Assembly: GCA_050011565.1 (NCBI GenBank)
Contig: JBEKIW010000006.1
Location: 27,848 to 91,847, forward strand
Length of the DNA stretch: 64,000 nt
Direction: 5' to 3'
Origin: Dehalococcoidia bacterium
Lineage (GTDB): Bacteria; Chloroflexota; Dehalococcoidia; GIF9; UBA5629
The position numbers and the translations under genes are program-made. This document shows positions 49,076 through 58,885 of this stretch, piece by piece; within the stretch, counting starts at the first letter, position 1, and each line of letters begins with the position of its first letter. Under the pieces are notes generated by a model that was not told the origin of the DNA, searched no databases, and saw only the letters and a list, made by a program, of their open reading frames with translations.

Positions 49076-49308
49076 TAACTACCTCCTCGAAATGCGTCGT
49101 TCATCAACTGATGCCAAGCCACTTTCTGAGCATGTGTTGGAATAGGGAAACAGACTTCAGAATAATTGGGGCAATTCGTACAATCTCGACTACAAGCCTC
49201 ATCTCGTCGCCCCTTTAATGACATAACGACCAGCTTTTCATCCTCTGGGGTACTGAAAAGCTGCCTGTATGCTTCCGCTAATGTTTCTGCCTGCTTCAGT
49301 TTTTGCAT
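49075..49308 (-). CDS. 77-aa Cys-cluster hypothetical protein translationally coupled to the integrase
   Basis: AAAGGAG SD; TAATG stop/start overlap with the recombinase; CSRDCTNC-x6-C motif. Confidence 0.65.
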   Translation of the reverse strand: MQKLKQAETLAEAYRQLFSTPEDEKLVVMSLKGRRDEACSRDCTNCPNYSEVCFPIPTHAQKVAWHQLMNDAFRGGS

Positions 49309-49349
49309 ATCAGCTCCTTTCTAAAATCAAACAGGTCCTTGCCTCAGTC

Positions 49350-49829
49350 TTAGTCTGGCGAGAATGAGGCATCCCTACATTTTAGCCGCATTTGAATCTT
49401 TGTTGGTTGTAAGTACTTTTGCCCTCCATTTTCAACCATTTCTGTCTCTACTCGATAAACCTCATACCCGGGATTTTCCTTTTCCAGCTGTTCATAAAAT
49501 CTCGGTGCTAACATTGTATAGGAACTAACAACGTCAGCATCGTCACCAACCGGAATTATCTCCCGAGTCTCGACTTCCTTGAGATGTAGAAATTCTGCTT
49601 GAATTTGTCTTAGGCTTTTACCTTCACGTTGCAATCGCCTAATATGCTGAATCTGTTCCAGTGTACAGCTTGGATAGTAAGTCACAGACCCGTTTCCTCC
49701 AAGCCCCTCCCTCCTCAGGGGTCGAGGTAGCAACCCTAGCCCCTTGTATTTCTGGAAGGTGGCAGGAGAAACAGCCGCGCTCTGAATTATCTCTTGGAAG
49801 GTTATTTCACTATCTGTTGGCAGTCTCAT
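49350..49829 (-). CDS. MerR-family HTH DNA-binding protein
   Basis: ITFQEIIQSAAVSPATFQKYKGLGLLPRP...YYP...LEQIQHIRRLQREGKSLRQI. Start moved to MRLP because the promoter overlaps the longer track ORF. Confidence 0.75.
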   Translation of the reverse strand: MRLPTDSEITFQEIIQSAAVSPATFQKYKGLGLLPRPLRREGLGGNGSVTYYPSCTLEQIQHIRRLQREGKSLRQIQAEFLHLKEVETREIIPVGDDADVVSSYTMLAPRFYEQLEKENPGYEVYRVETEMVENGGQKYLQPTKIQMRLKCRDASFSPD

Positions 49830-49836
49830 GTAGTAT

Positions 49837-49865
49837 ATCATATCATATCCTATATACTTTGTCAA
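49837..49865 (-). promoter_or_regulatory. strong sigma70-type promoter giving a probably leaderless merR-like transcript
   Basis: TTGACA-17 nt-TATGAT; the ATG starts 8 nt after the -10 box and there is no SD. Confidence 0.65.
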
Positions 49866-49928
49866 ATTACCCATTTGTTCTCAGAGAGGCTCCCAGTAAG
49901 CCAAATACTAGTGGGAAAGTGCAGGAAA

Positions 49929-50128
49929 CGTTATCTGTGGTTCTCTATGGTTCTCTAAGGTTACCTATGGTTCTCTAAGGTTCTCTATGGTTCTCTAAGG
50001 TTACCTATGGTTCTCTAAGGTTATCACGGTTATCTATGGTTCTCTATGGTTCTCTATGGTTCTCTATGGTTCTCTATGGTTATCGCGCTATGGTTACCTG
50101 TGGTTATCTATGGTTATCTGTGGTTCTA
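49929..50128. repeat. tandem array of ~20 10-bp units (GGTTCTCTAT / GGTTCTCTAA / GGTTACCTAT / GGTTATCTGT)
   Basis: Read directly. Includes an exact 40-bp duplication (49941-49980 = 49981-50020). Confidence 0.95.
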
Positions 50129-50142
50129 TGCAACCCTATGCC

Positions 50143-50182
50143 GATTCCAAGTGATTCCAGATGATTATCGATGATTCCTGAT
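50143..50182. repeat. second 10-bp-period array (4 x GATT-initial units)
   Basis: GATTCCAAGT GATTCCAGAT GATTATCGAT GATTCCTGAT. Confidence 0.7.
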
Positions 50183-50501
50183 AACTGTGGAAAAGACTCA
50201 CGTGGAATCGTTAGTGTTTACAGCTGCGACCTCAACACCGGGAAAGGATGATGGTAGGATCATTATCTCTTGCCGTGTTGTTCGACAAAGCAATGGCTGA
50301 TATTTAGGGTGTTATCTCCTACATCGCTTGAGGATATGAACACACTGCCATAATGTGTTTATACAAATCAGCGACAAAGGGGTAAAACAAAATTGCACCT
50401 TACAGGCAAATGTTCAACAACTGCACATTCTGAGCTTCTGTTGCTCAAGTGCTGTTACAGGTTTTCAGTATGTTCTATGCTCTCGTGTGTATAGTATGGT
50501 C

Positions 50502-51323
50502 TTATTTTTTGAAGGGAGTCTTAATAACCACCTTAACCCCTGAAATAGTTCCAGAGACGGCTTTTGTGACGGATTGTGAAGCAGCTTCGCTAACTTCACG
50601 GGCAGCCTTCACTGCACCAGTGGCTGCTGCTGACGCAGCATCCTCAGCGCTTACGGAAACCTCTTTGGCAGCCTCGATAGCTCCAACTACTACGTTCTTG
50701 GCAACTGTGGACAAATCGCCGCCAACATTTGCCGTCCACTTTATCAAACCACTTGACATGTGCTGTACAGCCTGAATCACATCGCCACCTGTTTCCTTGG
50801 CGCCAATTATGGTTCCCTTGATAGTAGCTCTGGCAACGGTTCCGATATCTGCTCCTATGTCCTTGGCGCCGTGAATCGCTCCTCTGGCGATGCTAGATGT
50901 TGCATCTTCTATATCCAGGCCGACACTTTTAGTAGCTGTCAAGGCGCCGTGAGCAGCACCTTGAGTTGTTTTAGTTACATCGCCGCCAACTTCGGAGGTA
51001 CCCTTTATAGCCGCCCGGATAATATCGCTTACTTCATCCACTGTTACCTTCGTAACCTCGCCTACTCCCCGTATTGTACCGACGACCGCCCCTTTGGCAA
51101 CAGAGCCAAGTTCGCCACCAACCTGACCGGCTGCATGTATAATACCGGCTACAACGTCCCCTGCCAGTGCTGATGCCTCCGTTCCAATATCTCTTGCACT
51201 ACGAAGACCATCTGCAACATTACTGCGGGCAACCTCTATTGCGCTTTTACCGACATCTCCTGCACCCTTTGCCGCTTGAACAAAAGCTTGGCTAACCTTC
51301 TTCCCCGGATTTCCCAGTGGCAT
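50502..51323 (-). CDS. Ala/Gly/Val-rich protein built from 22-aa amphipathic repeats
   Basis: AAGGAGGG SD; at least 8 consecutive 22-mers such as AKDIGADIGTVARATIKGTIIG. Confidence 0.8.
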   Translation of the reverse strand: MPLGNPGKKVSQAFVQAAKGAGDVGKSAIEVARSNVADGLRSARDIGTEASALAGDVVAGIIHAAGQVGGELGSVAKGAVVGTIRGVGEVTKVTVDEVSDIIRAAIKGTSEVGGDVTKTTQGAAHGALTATKSVGLDIEDATSSIARGAIHGAKDIGADIGTVARATIKGTIIGAKETGGDVIQAVQHMSSGLIKWTANVGGDLSTVAKNVVVGAIEAAKEVSVSAEDAASAAATGAVKAAREVSEAASQSVTKAVSGTISGVKVVIKTPFKK

Positions 51324-51604
51324 ACTATCACCCTCCTTATACTAAGATTTTCTATACTTTAGCACGCCAAACCTTACAAAGTCATAAAATCGGCATGATA
51401 ATGGTTACAAAGCTATCTCATTTTCTCTAGGCGATATAAGAAATTGGTGCCACACCGGAATCAGCCCCTTTTTCTCAAAGAGAAGTTCGGAAACTGTCCA
51501 GCAAGTCCTATTGACTAGGTGCCAGTCAGTACTCATTGCACCTTACGCTATATTGTTGCCTTCCGTTTCATGTTGCGCATCTGAGTGAATGATATAATTA
51601 AATT

Positions 51605-52156
51605 ATGGAGACAGAAAAACCAGATAATTTGCATCATTCACTCGACCTCTCCACATATAGGGAATACTGGACTAGTCGAGATGGGAGAACCGTAATATTA
51701 AGATCGATAACATCAGAGGATAAGCGAATAGAGAAAGAGCTTATCGACGGACTGTCGCGTCAATCATCTAGATACAGATTCCTCCACGCGATTAAAGAAG
51801 CCACTGAGGAAATGGTCAATCAATTTTGCGATATCTCTTATAAGAATGAGATTGCTATCATAGCTGAATACACTTCAAATAATAAGAAGCGAAACGTCGG
51901 TGTTGTTAGGCTTTGTATTGACCCCGGTCTACAAACCGGCGAATTCGCCATATTAGTAGCTGATAACTTCCAGGGCAGTGGTTTAGGCACGAAATTCATG
52001 GAGACCTTGATTGATATAGGACGGGAAAAAGGATTGAAAAGTATATACGGTATAGTGCTAGCAGACAATAACAGAATGCTGACTCTTGCGAAAGAGTTTG
52101 GTTTTAGTATTGGCGCAAATTCATACGGTGAAGTCAGAATTGTCCGGCAACTTTAG
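51605..52156 (+). CDS. GNAT acetyltransferase (Pat/protein lysine acetyltransferase GNAT-domain-like)
   Basis: RDGRTVILRSI...D, SRYRFL, GEFAILVADNFQGSGLG, VLADN..ML.LAKEFGF. Confidence 0.85.
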   Translation: METEKPDNLHHSLDLSTYREYWTSRDGRTVILRSITSEDKRIEKELIDGLSRQSSRYRFLHAIKEATEEMVNQFCDISYKNEIAIIAEYTSNNKKRNVGVVRLCIDPGLQTGEFAILVADNFQGSGLGTKFMETLIDIGREKGLKSIYGIVLADNNRMLTLAKEFGFSIGANSYGEVRIVRQL

Positions 52157-52369
52157 TTCGATAAATAGTGAACAAACATCAGGATATCTGTGCAAATGCA
52201 GACATCAAGTTTGGCAGTAAGCTAAACGAAAACGAAAGCACTCACAACTCATAAGTCCAGAATCTTATTATTTCCTTCTTCGAAGGTCACAAAATGAGTT
52301 ATTGTTAGCCGGCGGGTTCCGCATCCATCGGGTCGAGAAAACTAAGATTCTGATGAGAAGTTTGCACTA

Positions 52370-53044
52370 TCAATAAAACTTCGCCACCTTCTCCAACGGC
52401 TCGCGTGCGGAGCGGAATTTGGTTGCCGGGTGGTCCCAGTCGGGGTAACCGATGGGTATGCCTACCACGAAGAGCTTGTTATCAGGAAGCCCCAGCACCT
52501 TGCGCAGGACGTCCGGGTAGAGCACAGGTAGGATAGCTGGTAAGCTGCCCAGGCCGTGCTCTACAGCTAGCAGCATAATAGTCTGAGTGACTAAACCGCA
52601 ATCGAAGATATTCAGCGAATTGGGGATTTCGCTTGCGTTGTAGAAATTCTTATCAATGAGCACGTAAATGCAACTGGGAGCACCCCACAGCTTCATGCCC
52701 CACAGGTTCCAATCGGCACGCTTCTGCTTGTCCTCGCGGGTTATGCCCAGCTTTTCCTGCATGCCATGCATTACGGCGCCGTACCGAGAACGCCAGGGTT
52801 CGGGATAGTTCATGGAGCTGGGGATATCCATTTTGGGCATCAGGGAGGCAGCAGCCAGCGTTGCTGCTTTGACATCGTCGAGCTTAGCGCCGCTTACTAC
52901 TGCATATTCGCAGGGCTGGCTGTTGCCGGCGGAAGGGGCACGCAGAGCGGTCTCAACTATCTTTTTCAGGATATCCTCAGGAACTGGATCGGGCTTAAAG
53001 GCCCGGATAGACTGACGTTTAATGACAGCTTCGTTGACGTTCAT
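52370..53044 (-). CDS. nitroreductase family protein
   Basis: RQSIRAFKPDPV, APSAGNSQP, DCG...Q.IMLLA..GLGS, IGYPD, R.R.P. Confidence 0.92.
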   Translation of the reverse strand: MNVNEAVIKRQSIRAFKPDPVPEDILKKIVETALRAPSAGNSQPCEYAVVSGAKLDDVKAATLAAASLMPKMDIPSSMNYPEPWRSRYGAVMHGMQEKLGITREDKQKRADWNLWGMKLWGAPSCIYVLIDKNFYNASEIPNSLNIFDCGLVTQTIMLLAVEHGLGSLPAILPVLYPDVLRKVLGLPDNKLFVVGIPIGYPDWDHPATKFRSAREPLEKVAKFY

Positions 53045-53325
53045 TTTCTCACCTATTCTTCGTGTAGTAGCCTTTGATTATACCATGGATTGATCACCCT
53101 GCCCTCTCGCCATGCCGAATCCATCGCATCCTTTAATCTGTGCTCAGCTTCCTAATAAATACACGGCATATTTCATCAAAAAGAACCGATTATTAAACCA
53201 TACGATCCCTCATTACCTCATCCCATCCACCGGACTGAACTTACTATGCTAGCTGGTAAAAGGATGGAGAATATCGGAAATGGTCAAAGCAGTAGGTGGA
53301 TGGAGTTAAACAAAACGTCACATTG

Positions 53326-53353
53326 TTGACAGGGATTAGTCCTGTTGTACAAT
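53326..53353 (+). promoter_or_regulatory. sigma70-type promoter with a dyad (possible operator) in the spacer
   Basis: TTGACA-16 nt-TACAAT with ACAGG-N7-CCTGT overlapping the -35 box and spacer. Confidence 0.5.
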
Positions 53354-53387
53354 GGGGGCAGCGCTATTCGTAAAGGAGGTGTCAATA

Positions 53388-54095
53388 ATGGGTATGTATG
53401 AATATACGCTGGATGAACATGTGGCCTTGCTTACAATGAATGAGACCAGATTCAATATAGATTCCGTTACCGCGTTTCTATCGGTGTTGGACCAAATAGA
53501 AAAAGACACTGATGCTAAGGTACTGATAGTCCGCTCTAGCGATGCGAAGATATGGTCCAACGGTATCGACCTTGAATGGCTATTGCCGTTTTATCAGAAA
53601 GGCGAAAAAAGCGTCACCGATATGTTCACTGCTAAACTGAACGAACTGCTCAAACGTATTCTTTTCTATCCTATGATTACTATTGCTGCTATTACAGGCC
53701 ACGCCTTTGCCGGCGGAGCTATAATGGCATGTTGTTTCGATTTCCGCTTTATGAGGAAAGATCGCGGCTATCTTTGCTTTCCCGAGGTCGATCTGGGCAT
53801 ACCATTTGTCCCCAGCATGACTGCCATGATTAAAAAAGCTATGCCGATGGATTTAGTAGAAGATATGCAGCTAACTGGAAGGAGGCTTACTGCTGACGAG
53901 TGCGAAGCACGCCATGTCATACGGAAAGCCTGCACTATGGACGAACTGATGGGTGAAGTTATATCCTTTGCCAAGGGACTGAACAAGGAAAGATCGATAG
54001 TTGCTAAACTGAAGAATGTGATGCATAAGGATATATTGAAAGTCATAGAGGTTGATGACCCGGCTGCTTTAAAATCATTGTACCTTGGTTCCTGA
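53388..54095 (+). CDS. enoyl-CoA isomerase/hydratase family (delta3,delta2-isomerase-like)
   Basis: WSNGIDL, AAITGHAFAGG (first Glu absent), CFPEVDLG; AAGGAGGT SD. Confidence 0.85.
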   Translation: MGMYEYTLDEHVALLTMNETRFNIDSVTAFLSVLDQIEKDTDAKVLIVRSSDAKIWSNGIDLEWLLPFYQKGEKSVTDMFTAKLNELLKRILFYPMITIAAITGHAFAGGAIMACCFDFRFMRKDRGYLCFPEVDLGIPFVPSMTAMIKKAMPMDLVEDMQLTGRRLTADECEARHVIRKACTMDELMGEVISFAKGLNKERSIVAKLKNVMHKDILKVIEVDDPAALKSLYLGS

Positions 54096-54192
54096 GTCTT
54101 CGGTATTGTTGACTTTAAAGTAGAGAGTGTCCTTGATATGGGAAGCCTCGGATACCCTTGAACAAAAAGCCAAAAGGTGTTTTCTTATTCCC

Positions 54193-54432
54193 TCAGCCGA
54201 CCCGGATGCATAGGCAGGTAACCGTTCTATTGATGCCTGAGATATTATGTATCTTTGTAGCAACAACGTTACCTATGGTGTTAAGGTCGGCTCCTTCAAT
54301 CGTGACAATAATGTCATAGGGTCCAGTCACTGTGTCAACGCTCTTTATCGCCGCTAGTTTTTGCAAAGCACTAAAGACTTCTTTGGTCTTACCCACTGCT
54401 GTTTCAATTAGGGCAAAAGCCTTTGCTTCCAT
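54193..54432 (-). CDS. stand-alone Lrp/AsnC ligand-binding (RAM) domain protein
   Basis: KAFALIE...GK...V...L, VTGPYDII, I..ISGI.RTVT; 79 aa with no HTH. Confidence 0.85.
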   Translation of the reverse strand: MEAKAFALIETAVGKTKEVFSALQKLAAIKSVDTVTGPYDIIVTIEGADLNTIGNVVATKIHNISGINRTVTCLCIRVG

Positions 54433-54750
54433 ACTACCTCGCCTCCTTGATTGTGATAACTTGCTATTTCCAGTTGATACGCTATTATGGCCCCATTTAC
54501 TGGACAAATGCAATGGTGATATGTCTCATGACTGTTACAAGCCCAAATACTGCAACCCTCGTAATCCATTACAAGCCTTTTGGGCAGGGATTTCAATCGT
54601 AAACTCAACATTTCATCGTAATGTGCAGTGAACAAAACGATGTAATGTGTAATCCTGTGCCTTGTCCCGACTTTGGTAATAATCTATACTTTGTTGTATG
54701 ACTGAAGTTAATCCTGAAAATGGTAATTAAATTACATTTGGAGGTACAAG

Positions 54751-54951
54751 ATGGCCAGAGACCCAGTATGTGGAGTAGAGGTGGATGAGAAAAAAACAAG
54801 ATTTACCACAACCTATAAAACTAGGACCTACTATTTCTGTAGTGAAGTATGCAAGACTAAATTTGATAACGCAGTAAACAATCTTAAAAAAGCTGGTGGT
54901 GGTATCTGCTTCGGTGTCCGTATCGAGGAAGAAAAGGCAGCCAAGGAATAG
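54751..54951 (+). CDS. YHS/TRASH-domain small protein
   Basis: DPVCG..VD, Y...TYYFCSEVCK.KF; GGAGG SD. Confidence 0.85.
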   Translation: MARDPVCGVEVDEKKTRFTTTYKTRTYYFCSEVCKTKFDNAVNNLKKAGGGICFGVRIEEEKAAKE

Positions 54952-55239
54952 CCGAACAGCTATATAATTCGGTCGTGCCTACAAGAACCTCAGTGCTATG
55001 CATTGAGGCACTATTGAATGTAGAACAACGCAATGTTAACGACGACACAAGATGACGGTTTGTTCAATTTCTGGTTGACCTAACTCATTGTAAACAGATT
55101 GATTATGTGATGCTGCTTTATTCTTCATAGATCTCTATGTTAATCTTCGACTAGTTTAGACAAAGGGGCCTGATGTGCAATAATACCAATGATTTTCTTC
55201 GATGATAATTAGAGACTCAAACATCACAAGGAGGAAACA

Positions 55240-56835
55240 ATGAGCGACAAAAAGACCGTAGAGCCCAACGAAATCCGTCCCGATCTGGCCGAGGTGATCC
55301 AGCGCCATGAAACCACGCTGGACAGGGCGCGTCCCGAAATGGTGGAGAAGCGCCGGAACAGAGGGCATCGAACAATACGGGAGAATATCGCCGATCTATT
55401 GGACCCGGATGACTCCATCGAATACGGATCACTGATGCTGGCCGCGCAGCGGCGCCGCATACCCATGGATGAGTTAATCAAAACAACCCCTGCAGACGGA
55501 CTTGTCGCCAAGATAGGGTCTGTCAATGGCCATCTGTTCGATCGCTCCCAGACCAGGTGTCTGGTGTTAGGATATGATTACTCCGTCTTGGCCGGCACCC
55601 AGGGCATGTTCAACCACAAGAAAAAAGACCGCATGCTCCAACTCGCCTACAAGCATAAACTACCCACGGTGCTCTTTGCTGAAGGTGGAGGGGGGCGGCC
55701 GGGAGACGTAGATACCATGGATTTTGTCGTGGCAGGGCTTGATTGCATGGCATTCGCGCACTACGCCAGGCTCAGCGGCCTTGTCCCTGTGGTAGGGATC
55801 GTGACCGGTTATTGCTTTGCCGGGAATGCGGCACTTCTGGGCCAGAGCGACGTGATCATCGCCACCAAAGACTCAAATATCGGGATGGCCGGCCCGGCAA
55901 TGATTGAGGGGGGTGGCTTGGGTGTATTCAGACCGGAGGAGATCGGTCCCATGCCGGTACAGTCGCAAAACGGTGTTGTCGATATCCTTGCTGAGGATGA
56001 CGCTGATGCGGTGCAGAAGGCTAAACAGTATATCTCCTACTTTCAAGGGAGCATTGGAGACTGGGAATGCGCGGACCAGCGCTTCTTACGTCAGATGATC
56101 CCGGAAATGCGCCGCAGGGCATATGATGTCCGCAAGATCATCGATACCCTGGCGGATACGGGTTCTGTTCTGGAGCTCCGCCCGCAGTTCGGGGAGGGCA
56201 TAGTCACGGCACTTGTTAGAGTCGAAGGACGCCCCTTCGGGCTGATAGCAAACAATGTGAAACACCTTGCAGGGGCCATAGACGCGGATGGCGCAGACAA
56301 GGTCTCCCGTTTTATTCAAATTTGCGATGCTTTCGACATCCCCGTTGTTGTTCTTATCGACACGCCTGGATTCATGGTTGGCCCGGACGCAGAGAAGACA
56401 GCTCAGGTGCGTCACTTCTGCCGTATATTCACCAATGCCGTCAATGCAACTATCCCGATCTTTAGCGTGGTATTGCGCAGGGGATACGGTCTCGGCGCCC
56501 AGGCCATGGCAGGGGGAAGTTTCCATATCTCCGACTTCATCGTATCATGGCCGACAGGCGAGTTTGGCGGCATGGGGCTGGAGGGTGCTGTTCGGCTCGG
56601 CTTCAGAAAAGAACTTGACGCCATCGAAGATCCTGAGAGACGCAAGGCGCGATTCGAAGAGTTGTTAGCCATGCATTACGAGCACGGAAAGGCAATCAAT
56701 ATGGCTGCTACCCTCGAGATCGACGATGTTATCGACCCGGCGGAGACCCGCCACTGGATTATGTGCGGCTTGCATTCTATGCCCGGACCTGAACGGCGCA
56801 GCGGTAAAAAACGGCCGAATATCGACTGCTGGTAA
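55240..56835 (+). CDS. acyl-CoA carboxylase carboxyltransferase domain protein
   Basis: TPADG, YDYSVLAGTQG, AEGGGGRPGD, CFAGNA, GMAGPAMIEGGG, DTPGFMVG, GYGLGA. Confidence 0.92.
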   Translation: MSDKKTVEPNEIRPDLAEVIQRHETTLDRARPEMVEKRRNRGHRTIRENIADLLDPDDSIEYGSLMLAAQRRRIPMDELIKTTPADGLVAKIGSVNGHLFDRSQTRCLVLGYDYSVLAGTQGMFNHKKKDRMLQLAYKHKLPTVLFAEGGGGRPGDVDTMDFVVAGLDCMAFAHYARLSGLVPVVGIVTGYCFAGNAALLGQSDVIIATKDSNIGMAGPAMIEGGGLGVFRPEEIGPMPVQSQNGVVDILAEDDADAVQKAKQYISYFQGSIGDWECADQRFLRQMIPEMRRRAYDVRKIIDTLADTGSVLELRPQFGEGIVTALVRVEGRPFGLIANNVKHLAGAIDADGADKVSRFIQICDAFDIPVVVLIDTPGFMVGPDAEKTAQVRHFCRIFTNAVNATIPIFSVVLRRGYGLGAQAMAGGSFHISDFIVSWPTGEFGGMGLEGAVRLGFRKELDAIEDPERRKARFEELLAMHYEHGKAINMAATLEIDDVIDPAETRHWIMCGLHSMPGPERRSGKKRPNIDCW

Positions 56836-57214
56836 AGTCGCTTGTTGTCCCATCAGATACAGTGAAGTGGTGGAATGCACCCACAACAGGGATTGATGAG
56901 AACGAGCACAACATCACCAGTACCACAATGAACTCAATGACGAATTATGTAGTGGTATGTTATCCGGTTGTGCTGATCTACCCCACTCCTGCTTAATCTC
57001 CAGTCTAACATTAATACTGGACTCATCTTCGGGAGAGTAGATCTCGGAAGTCACAGAAGGCTTCCCAAAACTCCCAATGTGGGGGGAAGATGGAGAGAAT
57101 TCATTACCTCAGGACGATTGATAGTTAAATAAGCCACATTATTATCTTTCTTCTCATAGATAAGATACTTAAAATCCATGATAACCTTCTTTGAATTTTA
57201 AATACATCTCTACA

Positions 57215-58423
57215 TTATCTTTGTAAATTATCGATGACTGTGGCAACACCCAATCCGCCACCGCAGCAAGAACTGAAGAAGCCATATCTCCCACCGGTCC
57301 GGATTAAATGACGCAAGGCGAACATACAGATTCTAGCCCCGGAAGCGCCATTGGGATGACCATAGGAAATAGCACCGCCTAACGGGTTCCATTTTCCGCG
57401 ATCCACTTTTTCGCCCGTCTGTTTTTCAAGTTCTTTAATGACTGCCAGGTTTTGTACGGCAAATGCTTCGTTACATTCCATATGGTCGAAATCTGAAAGC
57501 TTCAAGCCCGCTCGCTTCATAGCTATAGGAATAGCATACGCGGGGGCAATGCCCATAATCTTAGGATCGACACCGTAATCACCACCGGCAAGCCATTTCG
57601 CCATCGGTTGATATCCCAATTCATTGGCTTTTTCCGCACTCATCATTAAAACAAAAGCACCCCCGTCATTTTGACCGGAAGAATTCCCGGCCGTTACCGT
57701 ACCGCCCTGTTTGAATACAGCCGGAAGTTTGGCCAGACCTTCCAATGTAGTGTCAGGTCGGGGATGTTCGTCTATATCAAAAATCCTGTCAGGGGTTTTC
57801 CTATCGCCTTTAATGGTTACCGGGACGAGCTCGTCTTTAAAATAATTGTTTTCCATAGCCATCTTGGTTCTCATCTGGCTCTGGTAGGCAAATTCGTCTG
57901 ATGCTTCGCGTGGAATATTGTACATGACCTGTAGATTTTCTGCCGTCAGGCCCATGCCTATAGACTCTTCCGGCACGGGGGATAACTCGCCCCGAATGGC
58001 TGCGGGCGGGATCAATTTGTAGGGTTGTGTGGACATAGGAAATTTTGCAAACACCTGGCTGTATGATTCCATCCCACCGGCAATGATTACATCTGCATGG
58101 TTAGCCAAAATTCTCCACGCTGCGTGATTGATTGAGTCAATGGCGGAACCACACTGCATTTCTATATAAGATGATGGTGTCTCTTTGGGTAATCCTGCCG
58201 CAAGAGTCATCCATCGTGCGGGATTCAATGCATGAGAACAATGGGCTGCTGACCCCGCAAAAACACAGTCCACCCTACCTCTTTGGGCAATTTCGGTTTT
58301 CTCGATCAATCCTTTCAGAGCAAAAGTAGCCACTTGTGATGCAAAGAAACTACGTAGTGATCCGCCCATTCTTCCAAAGGGAGTCCTCACACCATCTATA
58401 AAAACAACTTCTCTATCTGCCAT
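57215..58423 (-). CDS. acetyl-CoA C-acyltransferase (canonical thiolase)
   Basis: RTPFG, QCGS, GGMES, DEHPR, TAGNSS..NDG, NEAFA, GGAI..GHP.GASG, CCGGGLG. Confidence 0.94.
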   Translation of the reverse strand: MADREVVFIDGVRTPFGRMGGSLRSFFASQVATFALKGLIEKTEIAQRGRVDCVFAGSAAHCSHALNPARWMTLAAGLPKETPSSYIEMQCGSAIDSINHAAWRILANHADVIIAGGMESYSQVFAKFPMSTQPYKLIPPAAIRGELSPVPEESIGMGLTAENLQVMYNIPREASDEFAYQSQMRTKMAMENNYFKDELVPVTIKGDRKTPDRIFDIDEHPRPDTTLEGLAKLPAVFKQGGTVTAGNSSGQNDGGAFVLMMSAEKANELGYQPMAKWLAGGDYGVDPKIMGIAPAYAIPIAMKRAGLKLSDFDHMECNEAFAVQNLAVIKELEKQTGEKVDRGKWNPLGGAISYGHPNGASGARICMFALRHLIRTGGRYGFFSSCCGGGLGVATVIDNLQR

Positions 58424-58885
58424 TGTATCTCCTAAAATTTATTTATATTTAACTGATTTTACTATTTATTTTTGTTAATAGCAGCCATCTGTTGACCACG
58501 ATCATTATGCTATTAGCCTTTTCTCAGTTCAGATTTGCCATACCACGTTGTTTCCATAACAGCAGACACGGATAATTGTTATGATTCTACCATCACTCCT
58601 AGTGTAGTACAATAAACTATTGTGATTTGGCGTTGCACTTTACTGACTATTGTGCACTTCCTATCCATTGAACAAGAACTCTGAATGTGCAAATTGCGAC
58701 AACTTTATTGTAACTTAAAGAAATGGAATAACTATTGGCGACAGATCAACGGCAATAAAGACGGGATTGCGTTTCCCATCATGCTATCGTAAAAGACAAG
58801 ACAGCATCTCATGAATTAAGAGAGGCATGAATAGTAGAGTATGGTTTGATAGAGTAAAGCGCTGTACAAGCACTCAATGCCTGCC

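Noticed and set aside
49929-50182. CRISPR array
   Set aside because: Units are 10 bp and contiguous with no unique spacers; no cas genes.
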